Source of the DNA: an uncultured Nitrospiraceae bacterium
GTDB lineage: Bacteria > Nitrospirota > Thermodesulfovibrionia > Thermodesulfovibrionales > Dissulfurispiraceae
DNA length: 64,000 nucleotides
Direction: 5' to 3'
NCBI GenBank assembly: GCA_963705105.1
Contig: CAVPIW010000005.1
Location: forward strand, 96,001 to 160,000
Shown: piece after piece, positions 18,101 to 26,638 of the stretch
Position numbering within the stretch: the stretch's first letter is position 1
Layout of the letters: every line of letters starts with the position of its first letter
Notes under the pieces: model-generated
Told to the model about the DNA's origin: nothing
Databases searched by the model: none
The model's input: only the letters and a program-made list of their open reading frames with translations
Translations under genes and position numbers: made by a program

Positions 18101-19383
18101 TCCCTCAGGGAGATATACTTCGAGTCCTGGCCGCCGATTTCAAATATCGTATCCACCGACGGATCGATGAAGATCGCCGCCGTCGCCTGGGCTGTGATCT
18201 CGTTCTTCACGACATCGGCGCCGACATAATCGGCGATCATGTACCGTCCCGATCCCGTCGTCCCCACGCCGGCAATCTCGATGCTGTCGCCCAGCTCTTC
18301 GGCAATCTCCCTCAACCCCTGCTTGACCGCTTCGATCGGCCTGCCCGCCGTCATGAGGTAGCGCTTCGCAAGGAGCGTTCCCTCTTCGTCCATGACGGCG
18401 AGGTTCGTGCTGATGGACCCGATATCGATGCCGAGGTAGGCCCTCTTGCCGCCCTTTTTACCGTCGTCCTCATAGCGCCTTTGCCCGTCAGGCCGTCTGT
18501 GCCTGTCGAAGAAGTCGTCATCCTCCTCAAGGAGCGGTTGCTGGCCTGCCTCTTCGAACCGTAACGACACGATGTAGGATTCGATCGCACCTGTATTGAG
18601 GGCAGTTCTCCGTCCCTCGTCGAGATCCTTCAGGGCAGCCCCGATGGCGCCCATGAGCGCGAAATCAGGAGGTACAAAAAGCTCCTCCAGATCGAAGACC
18701 TCCCTGAAGGCCCTGACCATACCGGCGTTTGCAGCGACGCCTCCCTGGAATGCCACGGGAGGTACGAGGTCCGTCCCCTTCGCGATGGTCCCCTTGAAGT
18801 TCCTTGCAACGGCGAAACAGAGCCCGCCGACGATGTCCTCGACAGGTGTCGCGATCTGTTGCAGATGGATCATATCCGATTTTGCGAAGACGCTGCAGCG
18901 CCCCGCTATCTTCGAGGGCCTCACGGACCGGACCGCCATTGCGCTGAACTCCTCGATGGTCAGTCTCAATCTCTCCGCCTGCTGCTCAAGGAAAGACCCC
19001 GTCCCGGCGGCGCAGACGGAATTCATAGCGAAGTCCTTGATCCTGCCGTCATCGAGAATAATGAGTTTGGAGTCTTCCCCGCCCAGTTCTATGAGGGTGC
19101 GTATGGCAGGATAAAGCCTTTTGACGGCATAGGCCTGTGAGACGATCTCATTGACCGGCTTGATGTCCAGGGCCGATGCGATGACCTTGCCGTTGGAACC
19201 GGTTACGGAGAGAGAACTGCCGGGATAGCGGCGTTCTATTTCCTTTAGCAATTCCAGGGCCACCGGTATCGGATGGCCATAGTGCCGTATATAATGACCC
19301 TCGATTTTTTTCCCGCATTCATCGAGGACAACAACTTTTATCGTCATGGAACCCGCGTCAAGGCCAACGGAGTACATCGTCAC
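15148..19383 (-). CDS. Fused acyl-CoA dehydratase activase (two ASKHA ATPase domains + DUF2229 + dehydratase-like domain)
   Basis: Two copies of G[LI]D.GS / E[LI]GG[EQ]DSK / CAAGTGSFL, followed by EACFPVKVAHGH, FSCGPD, PFGCMP. Confidence 0.85.
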   Translation of the reverse strand: MTMYSVGLDAGSMTIKVVVLDECGKKIEGHYIRHYGHPIPVALELLKEIERRYPGSSLSVTGSNGKVIASALDIKPVNEIVSQAYAVKRLYPAIRTLIELGGEDSKLIILDDGRIKDFAMNSVCAAGTGSFLEQQAERLRLTIEEFSAMAVRSVRPSKIAGRCSVFAKSDMIHLQQIATPVEDIVGGLCFAVARNFKGTIAKGTDLVPPVAFQGGVAANAGMVRAFREVFDLEELFVPPDFALMGAIGAALKDLDEGRRTALNTGAIESYIVSLRFEEAGQQPLLEEDDDFFDRHRRPDGQRRYEDDGKKGGKRAYLGIDIGSISTNLAVMDEEGTLLAKRYLMTAGRPIEAVKQGLREIAEELGDSIEIAGVGTTGSGRYMIADYVGADVVKNEITAQATAAIFIDPSVDTIFEIGGQDSKYISLRDGIIVDFEMNKACAAGTGSFLEEQAEKLQISVKGEFADLAFSSRKPCRLGERCTVFMENSLMANLQRGADKRDLLAGLAYSIVQNYINRVVAGKPVGNRIFFQGGVAFNKAVVAAFEKYLGTHITVPPNHDVTGAIGMAIIAREVMSGQTGRLTTFKGFDLSERSHEISSFECKGCPNVCEINRVKVEGDDGFLFYGGRCEKYDIRKAQQSDLPDLFSFREEMLWKRHLADQKARTEGAAKPLGVIGVPYIFFMHDFLPFWSAFLSDLGFEVVVSPRTNKQIVNLGLENVLSEACFPVKVAHGHIQYLKDRGITRLFIPSFININQNGDEYPRGVACPYTQTIPYLSKIAINGLDIISPVVDLSRGTAGLKRELKGSLHQFGVGMQAVERALAAAGAAQEEFRKAIREKGREILRTAGREGDEPVIVIIGRAYNAFDSGVNLEIPKKLSHIRVLSVPMDFLPLEEEKLEALWPGMYWRSGQRILKAARIVRANPNLYAIYIGNFSCGPDSFILKYFKEEMEGKPFLHIEIDEHSADAGAITRCEAFLDSINQQMRHGGRQKEDDDRDLRSVRLLKFSSSVNIYRTGSNWKRTIFIPKMTDHVHAVKAAFEHCGISAEILPETTKESVDLGRKYVSGKECYPYVITAGDMLTKALSDDFRPEESAFFMPSGSGPCRFGQYNISQRLILSKAGLDDIPIFAPNQDETFYRELGVLSRDFSKRSWQGVVACDLLLKCLHETRPYELGAGEADALYAEYLQRIEGSVRGKNGDIRMLLRCMREDFAALPRTPEKRPSVGIVGEIFVRSHAFANEQIVRQIEALGGEVKLAPLDEWIKYLNAVSLRKALIKRDRSAIINLFIKEIVQKRIEHKFGKPFKGFLETLEEPTIREIMAKASPYVPGTFEGETVLSIGKAIDLIEGGASGIINVMPFGCMPGTIVTAFMKALTRDFGVTCISIPYDGTESPTTRLQIEAFMEAVKMQHNGKDV

Positions 19384-19426
19384 CTCCCTGCTGCAAGATG
19401 AACCAAAACACTGGTAATTTCAGTCC

Positions 19427-19858
19427 TCAGCGATCCCTCCTCTGTGTAATCATGCCCGCGAGCCCTGCGATCACCTCATCAATGATCGGGACGGTCTCCC
19501 GGAACTTCCGGAAGATCTCCTCGTCGGAGAGATCAAGGTACTCATCGGCAAAGGAGCCGAGAAAGGCGAGATACTTCAGTTGACTATAGAGCGCAGGGGA
19601 GATCATGCTCTTCCTGTATGCGCTCTCGATAATGTCGTCATAGCTGTCCCCGATGATGTCGAGTCGGGTGGCAAGGACGTGATCGAGACAATCGAGGATG
19701 TTCCTGCTGATGAGGAGAAACATCCTTTCGATGGAGTGCTTCAGGCCCTTGTCCGCCCGGAACTGCTCATAGGTGATGCCGGCAATGCCTTTCAACTCAT
19801 CCCGGTACCCGCTCAGCTTGTCGAGTTTCTTCTTAAGGTCCTCTGTCCGGCCTGCCAT
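19427..19858 (-). CDS. HepT/DUF86-like HEPN protein with degenerate active site
   Basis: DUF86-like layout (ER..., 'SYDDIIE', 'DEYLDL') but no RX4H motif; start uncertain. Confidence 0.6.
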   Translation of the reverse strand: MAGRTEDLKKKLDKLSGYRDELKGIAGITYEQFRADKGLKHSIERMFLLISRNILDCLDHVLATRLDIIGDSYDDIIESAYRKSMISPALYSQLKYLAFLGSFADEYLDLSDEEIFRKFRETVPIIDEVIAGLAGMITQRRDR

Positions 19859-20137
19859 AAGCGTCACGATCATCGATATCTTCAATTTAAAAAATTACAT
19901 TTCAGTTTATTATGTTCGCAGGTGAATTATCAAGGACCAATAACATAGCGGAGAGCAGGTCATCAGTCGGCAGTCCGGAATCATGCACAAGGACAATAAT
20001 CGCAACTGCGCAGTTTGCAGGCACTATACGGCCCTGTCATTGCCACAGACGTTGACACTATCTTGTTCTTTCTTTGCGCTCTTTGCGACTTTGCGTGAGA
20101 AAAATCCTGACAATCGGTGAGAGAGGCGCAAAAAAGA

Positions 20138-20172
20138 GAGCCCCTCTCACTGGCTCCTGTGAGAGGGGCTCC
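20138..20172. terminator. Hairpin downstream of the minor-pilin operon
   Basis: GAGCCCCTCTCAC / GTGAGAGGGGCTC stem followed on the minus strand by a T-tract. Confidence 0.7.
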
Positions 20173-20197
20173 GGCGGGAGGAACCGGAAATATCTCT

Positions 20198-21538
20198 TTA
20201 GTAGGCCGTCATCTTCGTCGTCGTGACGAAGGCCTTCCTGTTGGCGTTGGAATTGCAATTCGGCTTCTTTGTGAACCCCATGTCATCGCTCAGGTTATTA
20301 AGAACCGTCGAATTGAAGTTGATGGCTGCGTTGCCCGAGTTCGCCGTGAGCGTCACGGCGTTGGGGTTGTTGTTGATGACCGATCCGGTCACGCTGAAGT
20401 TACCGTTGTTCACCGACGTGAGCAGGCCTTCGCTGAAGAGGAGCCCGTAGACCTCGACATTGCCGTTTCCGTCCTTCGTCAGGTTGCCGCCGCTGATCAT
20501 GAGGACGGGGTCGTCGGCGGTGCCGACGCCGGCATTGGAGTTTCCCTGGACTGTTAAACTGTTCTGCGCATAAAATACCCCTCCTGCCGTGTTGTCATGA
20601 GAGCCGAGATTGAAGGTAACATTCGCGGCAAAGACGTTCGTATGGTTAAGGCCGTCGTTTATTGACACGCCGGCGGCTGCAACTATGGACGTGTTTGCGA
20701 CGGCGTGGTTGATGCTGAGGCTCGACGATGAACCGATAAATACTTTCTGGCACCCGGCAAGGTTGATCGTGACGGCCGTCCCTCCGGTGCCGCAGACGAT
20801 CTGCGTCGCCGACGTGGTCGAACAGGTCTTGTTGCCGTTATATTGGCACCCCCCGGGGATACCCGTGTTCGAAAGGCCGGTCACGTCGACGCCATAGGCG
20901 CCCCCTATATCGCTCTTGAGGTCCGCGAAATTGTCGGAGTTGAAGAACTTCGGTACGAGGTCACCCAGTTCCGTATACTGGATCGCCGGGTCGCCGACGA
21001 TGCCCCTGTTGTTGTTCTTGCAGGTCGTGTCCGTCGTGTACTGACCGCTGATGGGTCCCCCGCTGACGACGGCCGGTCCCCGGCAATTGGCGTCACAGCT
21101 CGCGATGGAGGAGCTTCCGCCGATGACCAGGGTGCCGCCTTCCCTGAGCACCATCGCCCCCCAGTTCGAGGCGGCGATCGGCACGACCGTCGTCTTGACC
21201 ACCGTCGCCGGGTTCGTCGCCCCGAAGCTCCCGCGGCCGTAGACAAAGCAGTAGTTGCTCGTTGCGTCGGGTGTAGTGAAGAAGAACGACGTGGCGCCGT
21301 TCGCCAGCACGTTCGTCGCCGTAAGGTTGCAGACCTGCAGACTGATCACGTTTGCAACGCCGGCATTGACGGCCCGCTCGGCGGCGGAATTGGCGACCTG
21401 GTATTTGTTCTCGCTCGCCACCGTGCTGTACCCCAACTGGGACATCACCATTGCCGACCCCCCGATGGCAAGAAGGAGAAACGTGACGACAATGGCGGCG
21501 ACGGCTGCAAAGCCTCCCTGGTTGTTCATGCTCTTCAC
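20198..21538 (-). CDS. PilX-like minor pilin with large C-terminal domain (set 1)
   Basis: QG|F prepilin cleavage site without Glu5, 'AAERAVNAG' PilX-N helix, Asn/Thr/Gly-rich body with paired Cys. Confidence 0.75.
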   Translation of the reverse strand: MKSMNNQGGFAAVAAIVVTFLLLAIGGSAMVMSQLGYSTVASENKYQVANSAAERAVNAGVANVISLQVCNLTATNVLANGATSFFFTTPDATSNYCFVYGRGSFGATNPATVVKTTVVPIAASNWGAMVLREGGTLVIGGSSSIASCDANCRGPAVVSGGPISGQYTTDTTCKNNNRGIVGDPAIQYTELGDLVPKFFNSDNFADLKSDIGGAYGVDVTGLSNTGIPGGCQYNGNKTCSTTSATQIVCGTGGTAVTINLAGCQKVFIGSSSSLSINHAVANTSIVAAAGVSINDGLNHTNVFAANVTFNLGSHDNTAGGVFYAQNSLTVQGNSNAGVGTADDPVLMISGGNLTKDGNGNVEVYGLLFSEGLLTSVNNGNFSVTGSVINNNPNAVTLTANSGNAAINFNSTVLNNLSDDMGFTKKPNCNSNANRKAFVTTTKMTAY

Positions 21539-22443
21539 CTCCCGAATATTCTGTCGACAGTATAGGTGTCATACTGGCCGCTCTGGTTCTTTGTCTGGCT
21601 CCTGAAGACTGTCCGTATCTGAACGGCGTCGCAATTCCCATTGGCCGGAACACACCCGGCCGGGAAGGTCTGGAGGACCTCGAACCTTTCGACAGGCGCT
21701 ATCGGCACGAGCTGATCGTTTGCGCCGCAGAGCGGTGACGTCTCATCGAGGTCGACATAGAGCCACCTCCTGTTGCTGTCCTGGGAATTATTGCTGCAGT
21801 AGAGCCTGATACTTTGGGGGACCCGTTGTATCATGTCGCCCGGGACGGCTGCGGGGACAATGACGGCACCGCTCTTCGGCGTGAGCACGGCATTGACCGT
21901 GGCGTTTGTAGGAGCACCGCTCGTCACTCCCAGGCAGTCGGTATTGTTCGGGGTGAGATCGGCGTTCAGCTCCAGGGGAATATAGTTGCCGGTGCCGGCA
22001 TCCAGGGTGTTCGTTACGTCGTTGTTCGTCCAGAGGTAATAGCAGTTCTGGGCCGGCGTGGAGGTGAGCCTGCAGCTCGTGACGCTCGCCGTACCGGCTG
22101 CGACGCTCCGGACGAAACCGGACCCCTGGATGTTGCCGAAAAAGGTCACGTCGTCACAGGGGTCACCGTCGACGATCGTGAGGATCTTCCGAGCTGTCGG
22201 GCAGCTCGTACAGGCCGGTTTCTCGGTCCGGGACATGACGCCCACACCCCAGCGGTCGAAATAGCGCGCGATGAGCTCGATCGACGGCGTCTTCGTCTCC
22301 ACGCTGTCGGAGATGCTCTTGACGTTCTGAAAGACCTGGTGCGAGTTGGAATAGACGACCTGGATCGCCCCTATGGCGACGACGGCCACGAGCACGGCGA
22401 TGAGGATCTCGATGAGTGTGAATCCCTTCTGGTTCATGTCCAT
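21535..22443 (-). CDS. PilW-like minor pilin (set 1)
   Basis: KG|FTLIEILIA prepilin motif; paralogous to 24338-25285. Confidence 0.8.
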   Translation of the reverse strand: MDMNQKGFTLIEILIAVLVAVVAIGAIQVVYSNSHQVFQNVKSISDSVETKTPSIELIARYFDRWGVGVMSRTEKPACTSCPTARKILTIVDGDPCDDVTFFGNIQGSGFVRSVAAGTASVTSCRLTSTPAQNCYYLWTNNDVTNTLDAGTGNYIPLELNADLTPNNTDCLGVTSGAPTNATVNAVLTPKSGAVIVPAAVPGDMIQRVPQSIRLYCSNNSQDSNRRWLYVDLDETSPLCGANDQLVPIAPVERFEVLQTFPAGCVPANGNCDAVQIRTVFRSQTKNQSGQYDTYTVDRIFGR

Positions 22444-22460
22444 GGCCGCTCCTCAGTTGA
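22394..22460. repeat. 67-bp direct repeat, left border of the alternative minor-pilin cassette
   Basis: Matches 26235-26301 with 5 mismatches; covers the pilV stop, RBS and first 17 codons of pilW. Confidence 0.9.
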
Positions 22461-22516
22461 TTACAGACGTGTTTTCCGTGCCGGACAGAATCGCGAGCCA
22501 CCGGCAATCACCGTTT

Positions 22517-24331
22517 CTAATAAGCCATCATCCCTGTTTGAATTGTCTGAGTTAACGGAGACATGTCATCCCGAATACAATCGACTTTTCTGAAAAACCA
22601 ATATCTGGTAGCTAATGTATCTATCAGGGACTTTCTGAATTCCAGATCGAAGTCACCTGAGATGTTAATGTTTAAAGAAAGATTAGTCGGGAAATTCCTG
22701 ATCAGGAACCCTCTAAAACGCTGGGTGACCCCTCCCGTCCACCTCAGGTATGTGACATCTTGTCCGACAAAAGCACCCCAGATGTAAGCAGTGGCTGATG
22801 GACTTGCAGTAAGTACTGTCGAATTGTTCGTCATAAAGATGGTGGGTCTTTCCGCATTATTAGCATCTCTGCCGATATTCAGAGCTATCCCGTTTCCGTA
22901 CCAGCCGCACCAAAGATTATTTGTGGTGCCACAGGCGTCCAGGGATGAGGTGCTTGTTGCTCTTGAACAAGTCGGACAGGCATAAGCATACACATAAACC
23001 AGACTGTCCCATATGTTGACCGTACTGTTATTAGCAAATCTCAGACTCCTGGCAAAGAGGTTCACATTTGTTACTGTAATAGTGCCCTGCGTTATAAAGT
23101 TTAAAGGTGTATTGACATTGTCCGTATCGTTTATATTGGCCGGGCCTATTATTACGGTTCCATTCGTGAGCGAAGCATTGGCGCTTGCCGTAACCGTATT
23201 CCTGGTGACACTTCTGAAATCCTGTATCGTTCCTCCAAAAGTCGTTGCACCGGTGTTGTGCAGCTTAAAATTGGAAGACGTATTGACGGTCGTTGTGTTC
23301 GTATTGTAAAGCTCAAAATCGGAACAATCGTTTGCTGTGTTGTTCGTGCTATTGACGGTTGTCTGCCTTGTTGTGTACAAGATAAAGTTGGATGCATTAT
23401 TGATTGTCAGTGCACTATTGACGGCCTGAGCGTATATTCTCCCTTTGTTTCCTGCCCTTGTTCCGTTTCCTGTCACTGTTACGTTTATTCCCGTGATGAT
23501 TATTTCATTGCAGGTGGTTAATTGAGTGGATAGATTCAGTGTCCCGTTGTTCGTACTGTAAGTGCACGCGGGAATATTGGGAACCGCCGGCAGATTCGGA
23601 ATACTTATCCTGGGGATGCCCCAGGTGTTGTCAAAATTCAAATCCTGGTTGCCGTTGTCAGAGCCGTATATGTTCTCAAATACCTGAAGTAGCCCCTGAC
23701 CGCAGCTTGGGTCAGCAGTTTGGTTAAAGCAGTCAACATTGAAGAACAGCGGAATGAGATCGTCAAACACCACTCCCGGGAAAAGAGCCGGATTGCCGTA
23801 CAGACCGCTGCCTGAGGCATCCTGAGCGCATGTCCGCTGGGAGAGTGTCGTCGTTATGGTTCCGGATGCAATGAATGCCGGCACATAACACGTGGGCGTT
23901 ACCGTTCTATCACATCCGGAAAGTCTTACATCACTTCCGTTTATGTTGGCATTGACGTTTCCTCTCACCGTGTAGAGTCCTAACCCATAAAAAGACTGTA
24001 CTATGCCGGTTTTAACGATCTTTGCGTTGCTTGAAGTGCCTTCAGATTTTACAAAGCAAATCCTTCCGCTTCTTTTTACGGTGACATCATTTGTCGCTCT
24101 CACAAGGTTGCCCTGAAAACTTTGGTTAGAGCAAAAACCTAAAGAGTTTATTTGATCGACTGCCCTTAACAGCCCGGCATTAGCGGCCTTTTCCGCGAGA
24201 TTAAGCTTCTCGTCCGCTGCCGTAGTCAGCAAACTGTTGTTGACAATATACAATCCAATTGAACCGAGAATGGATAGCACCACTAACATCAACAAGGCAG
24301 TAAAGAGAGCAAAACCTTTATTATTATTCAC
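22517..24331 (-). CDS. PilX-like minor pilin, 604 aa (set 2, AT-rich cassette)
   Basis: KG|FALFTALL motif lacking Glu5, 'AEKAANAG'; C-terminus GMMAY parallels KMTAY of set 1. Confidence 0.75.
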   Translation of the reverse strand: MNNNKGFALFTALLMLVVLSILGSIGLYIVNNSLLTTAADEKLNLAEKAANAGLLRAVDQINSLGFCSNQSFQGNLVRATNDVTVKRSGRICFVKSEGTSSNAKIVKTGIVQSFYGLGLYTVRGNVNANINGSDVRLSGCDRTVTPTCYVPAFIASGTITTTLSQRTCAQDASGSGLYGNPALFPGVVFDDLIPLFFNVDCFNQTADPSCGQGLLQVFENIYGSDNGNQDLNFDNTWGIPRISIPNLPAVPNIPACTYSTNNGTLNLSTQLTTCNEIIITGINVTVTGNGTRAGNKGRIYAQAVNSALTINNASNFILYTTRQTTVNSTNNTANDCSDFELYNTNTTTVNTSSNFKLHNTGATTFGGTIQDFRSVTRNTVTASANASLTNGTVIIGPANINDTDNVNTPLNFITQGTITVTNVNLFARSLRFANNSTVNIWDSLVYVYAYACPTCSRATSTSSLDACGTTNNLWCGWYGNGIALNIGRDANNAERPTIFMTNNSTVLTASPSATAYIWGAFVGQDVTYLRWTGGVTQRFRGFLIRNFPTNLSLNINISGDFDLEFRKSLIDTLATRYWFFRKVDCIRDDMSPLTQTIQTGMMAY

Positions 24332-24337
24332 AGTCCG

Positions 24338-25285
24338 TTACCTCCCAAAGAATCGTTGAACCGTCATGGTGTTGTTGTCCGGTCCGCGGACGGCAGTCGT
24401 TACGCGGACCCCCTGCCCTTCATTACGTACTGTAAATGAATTTACGGGAACCAAAGGCGCCGGCGCCTCATCGGCATTGCAGTCATTTGAGGTATCAAAG
24501 GCTTCCATATAGAGCCAGAGCTGATTGTTATCGTTTGGATTATTCTGGCAGAAAAGCCTTACCCTATGCGGAACTCTCAGCAGCAGGTCTCCACCTTCCA
24601 AGTTCATATTCGTAACTTGATTGTTGCCTGCATCCAGCTCAAATCCGTTTAAGGCAGTGACCTGCCTGTTTATTGTGACATTAGAATTGCCCGCAACATT
24701 GATACAATCGAGATCATTTGAAGAGAGACCGTTTATTGCGAATATTAGAGCGTTGTTGTTGTCGCTGGCGTCCCTTCTGAAAGGCCCCCCTCTTTTTATG
24801 TGATAGCAGTTTCTATTTGCCGCTTGAGACAACCGGCAACTCATCGCAGCAACCGTTGTTTGACTCGCTATCCTGTCAATAAAGCCGTTGCCGTGAAGAC
24901 TTGCATAAAAAGTGACTTCATCACAGGGACTCTGCCCGACTATGGTTATGCATACGGAACTCGGAGGCGGATAAGCAAGCTGATTATTGACCCTACAGTC
25001 TATGACAGGAGTGCACTGATTGCTGCCCGTCGGATCGTTGCAGGGTGTCGATGTCCCCCATCTTTGAAAGAGCCACTCTAACTGAGCCATATTCAGTTTT
25101 GATAGTTCTTTTGTATCAGACACTTTATTTGTCGCCGCAAATGTTCTCTCACTCGCGGTGTGGAGGGATAATAGAGCACCAAGTATCATGCTCGCAACCA
25201 CTATGGCAATGACAACCTCGACTAAAGAAAAACCCTGATGGTTCGAAATCAGGCTCATTGATTTTCCCGTCCTAAATTTCTTCAT
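24338..25285 (-). CDS. PilW-like minor pilin (set 2)
   Basis: QG|FSLVEVVIA; shares F.RWG, PCD.VTF, SCRL, RVP..RL.C and FGR terminus with set-1 PilW; start uncertain. Confidence 0.8.
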   Translation of the reverse strand: MKKFRTGKSMSLISNHQGFSLVEVVIAIVVASMILGALLSLHTASERTFAATNKVSDTKELSKLNMAQLEWLFQRWGTSTPCNDPTGSNQCTPVIDCRVNNQLAYPPPSSVCITIVGQSPCDEVTFYASLHGNGFIDRIASQTTVAAMSCRLSQAANRNCYHIKRGGPFRRDASDNNNALIFAINGLSSNDLDCINVAGNSNVTINRQVTALNGFELDAGNNQVTNMNLEGGDLLLRVPHRVRLFCQNNPNDNNQLWLYMEAFDTSNDCNADEAPAPLVPVNSFTVRNEGQGVRVTTAVRGPDNNTMTVQRFFGR

Positions 25286-25322
25286 GATTATGTATTTCAC
25301 CCTCCCTCCATATATGGTCCGT

Positions 25323-25694
25323 TCACTGTGGCAGAGTGCAGACAAGATCTCTTAAGACCTTGGTGTTTGCCCCAATTGACGCCGTCGATACTACTTCAAC
25401 ACAGGCGCTCTGACCGGATCCGGTCGCCGGCGCAGTAGAAGGCGGTGTTCCCGATATCGACACATTCACAGTAGAATTCCCGCATTGAATCTGCATGGAG
25501 CTGATATTGGGGTTTGCCCTTTTCGCCTCTATCCCTGATGAAGCACCTTCAACGAGACAAGACAGAAGCACATCCTTCGCGGTAAATCCGGCAAAGTTTG
25601 TCGTCATACCGGCTACCACTATGGCTATCATTGCTGTAATCAGAACGGCGATCAAAGCCTCTATCAACACAAAACCTTTGTTATTCTTAATCAC
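25323..25694 (-). CDS. PilV-like minor pilin (set 2)
   Basis: NNKG|FVLIEALIA; GTG start overlaps the upstream stop. Confidence 0.75.
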   Translation of the reverse strand: MIKNNKGFVLIEALIAVLITAMIAIVVAGMTTNFAGFTAKDVLLSCLVEGASSGIEAKRANPNISSMQIQCGNSTVNVSISGTPPSTAPATGSGQSACVEVVSTASIGANTKVLRDLVCTLPQ

Positions 25695-26284
25695 GAGCAA
25701 CCTCCGGAAGCCATTTCTGTTCTTATAGTGCCGAATCTGCCGATTATCACCTTATGATGCATTGCACCATCTGTTGCACAGAGAGAGCCCTCAGATATCG
25801 TGAAGCCCCTGGGATCAAATGCAGAACCGCTTCCTTGCAAACTTACAAAGTTATCCTCTATTTCAAGACTTCTTAACAAAGTGCCGCTGCACATATTGCT
25901 TCTGTCGGCACCCATGTTCATTATCTTGAGACTGCTGCTTCCCTGTCTGCAAACCCCGACGTTCACACTTCTTTGCATTGCCGTCAGTTTTGCCGTTTTT
26001 ACCAGTGATTCCATAGAATAGGCATACTCTTTGAACTTATATATCTTGTAGAACTTTTCCATCGCAGGGACTGCGACGCCGGCAAGGATTGCCATGATTG
26101 CAACGACTATCAAAACCTCTACGAGTGAAAAGCCTCTATCTCTGTGCTCAGCAGTCCTGTATTGCTCAGACCTTCCGGCAGTCGCCTTTGTGTCAGCATG
26201 CTCATAGACCGGGATATTGTCGATATGTGAGCAGACCGCAATGAGGATCTCGACGAGTGTGAATCCCTTCTGGTTCATGTTCAT
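25691..26284 (-). CDS. Chimeric ORF: pilW N-terminus fused in frame to a FimT/FimU-like pilin (set 2)
   Basis: Two prepilin motifs, KG|FTLVEILIAV (aa 6-17) and RG|FSLVEVLIVV (aa 50-61); body paralogous to 26638-27105. Confidence 0.75.
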   Translation of the reverse strand: MNMNQKGFTLVEILIAVCSHIDNIPVYEHADTKATAGRSEQYRTAEHRDRGFSLVEVLIVVAIMAILAGVAVPAMEKFYKIYKFKEYAYSMESLVKTAKLTAMQRSVNVGVCRQGSSSLKIMNMGADRSNMCSGTLLRSLEIEDNFVSLQGSGSAFDPRGFTISEGSLCATDGAMHHKVIIGRFGTIRTEMASGGCS

Positions 26285-26301
26285 TGCCGCTCCTCAGTTG
26301 A
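26235..26301. repeat. 67-bp direct repeat, right border of the cassette
   Basis: Matches 22394-22460, offset 3841 bp. Confidence 0.9.
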
Positions 26302-26638
26302 AATTGCAGACATTGGTGTTTATCCTGGTGCTCTTGCCGCGGGCCGATGCAATGACCGAGATCTCGTTGCAGGTATCAAGAGCGGGCGTACAGCTCCCCG
26401 TGAGCCCAATGGCGACAGTCACGCCGCCCGATACGACACTTGCAGGCGGTGTCGTTTGCGCATGACACTGGTTCGCCGCGCTCATCGCCGCATCGGTCAG
26501 CGCATTGAGGAGATTTCTGTCGGCGCTCTGACTGGCGAAGGTGCCCTGCATCGCCGAGACCCCCAGCACCCCGACGGACAGGATGAGAAGAGCGATCATC
26601 ACCTCGATCAACGTCATTCCTTTATTGTTCCGCACCAT
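26294..26638 (-). CDS. PilV-like minor pilin (set 1)
   Basis: NNKG|MTLIEVMIALLILSVGVLG; TGATG overlap with the upstream gene. Confidence 0.8.
   Translation of the reverse strand: MVRNNKGMTLIEVMIALLILSVGVLGVSAMQGTFASQSADRNLLNALTDAAMSAANQCHAQTTPPASVVSGGVTVAIGLTGSCTPALDTCNEISVIASARGKSTRINTNVCNFN

Noticed and set aside
20069..20100. CTTTGCG tandem motif
   Set aside because: Single short copy in the window; resembles common intergenic repeats but cannot be assigned
20198..26301. Shufflon or diversity-generating retroelement acting on the pilins
   Set aside because: Repeats are direct rather than inverted, and there is no invertase, reverse transcriptase or adenine-specific template/variable repeat pair
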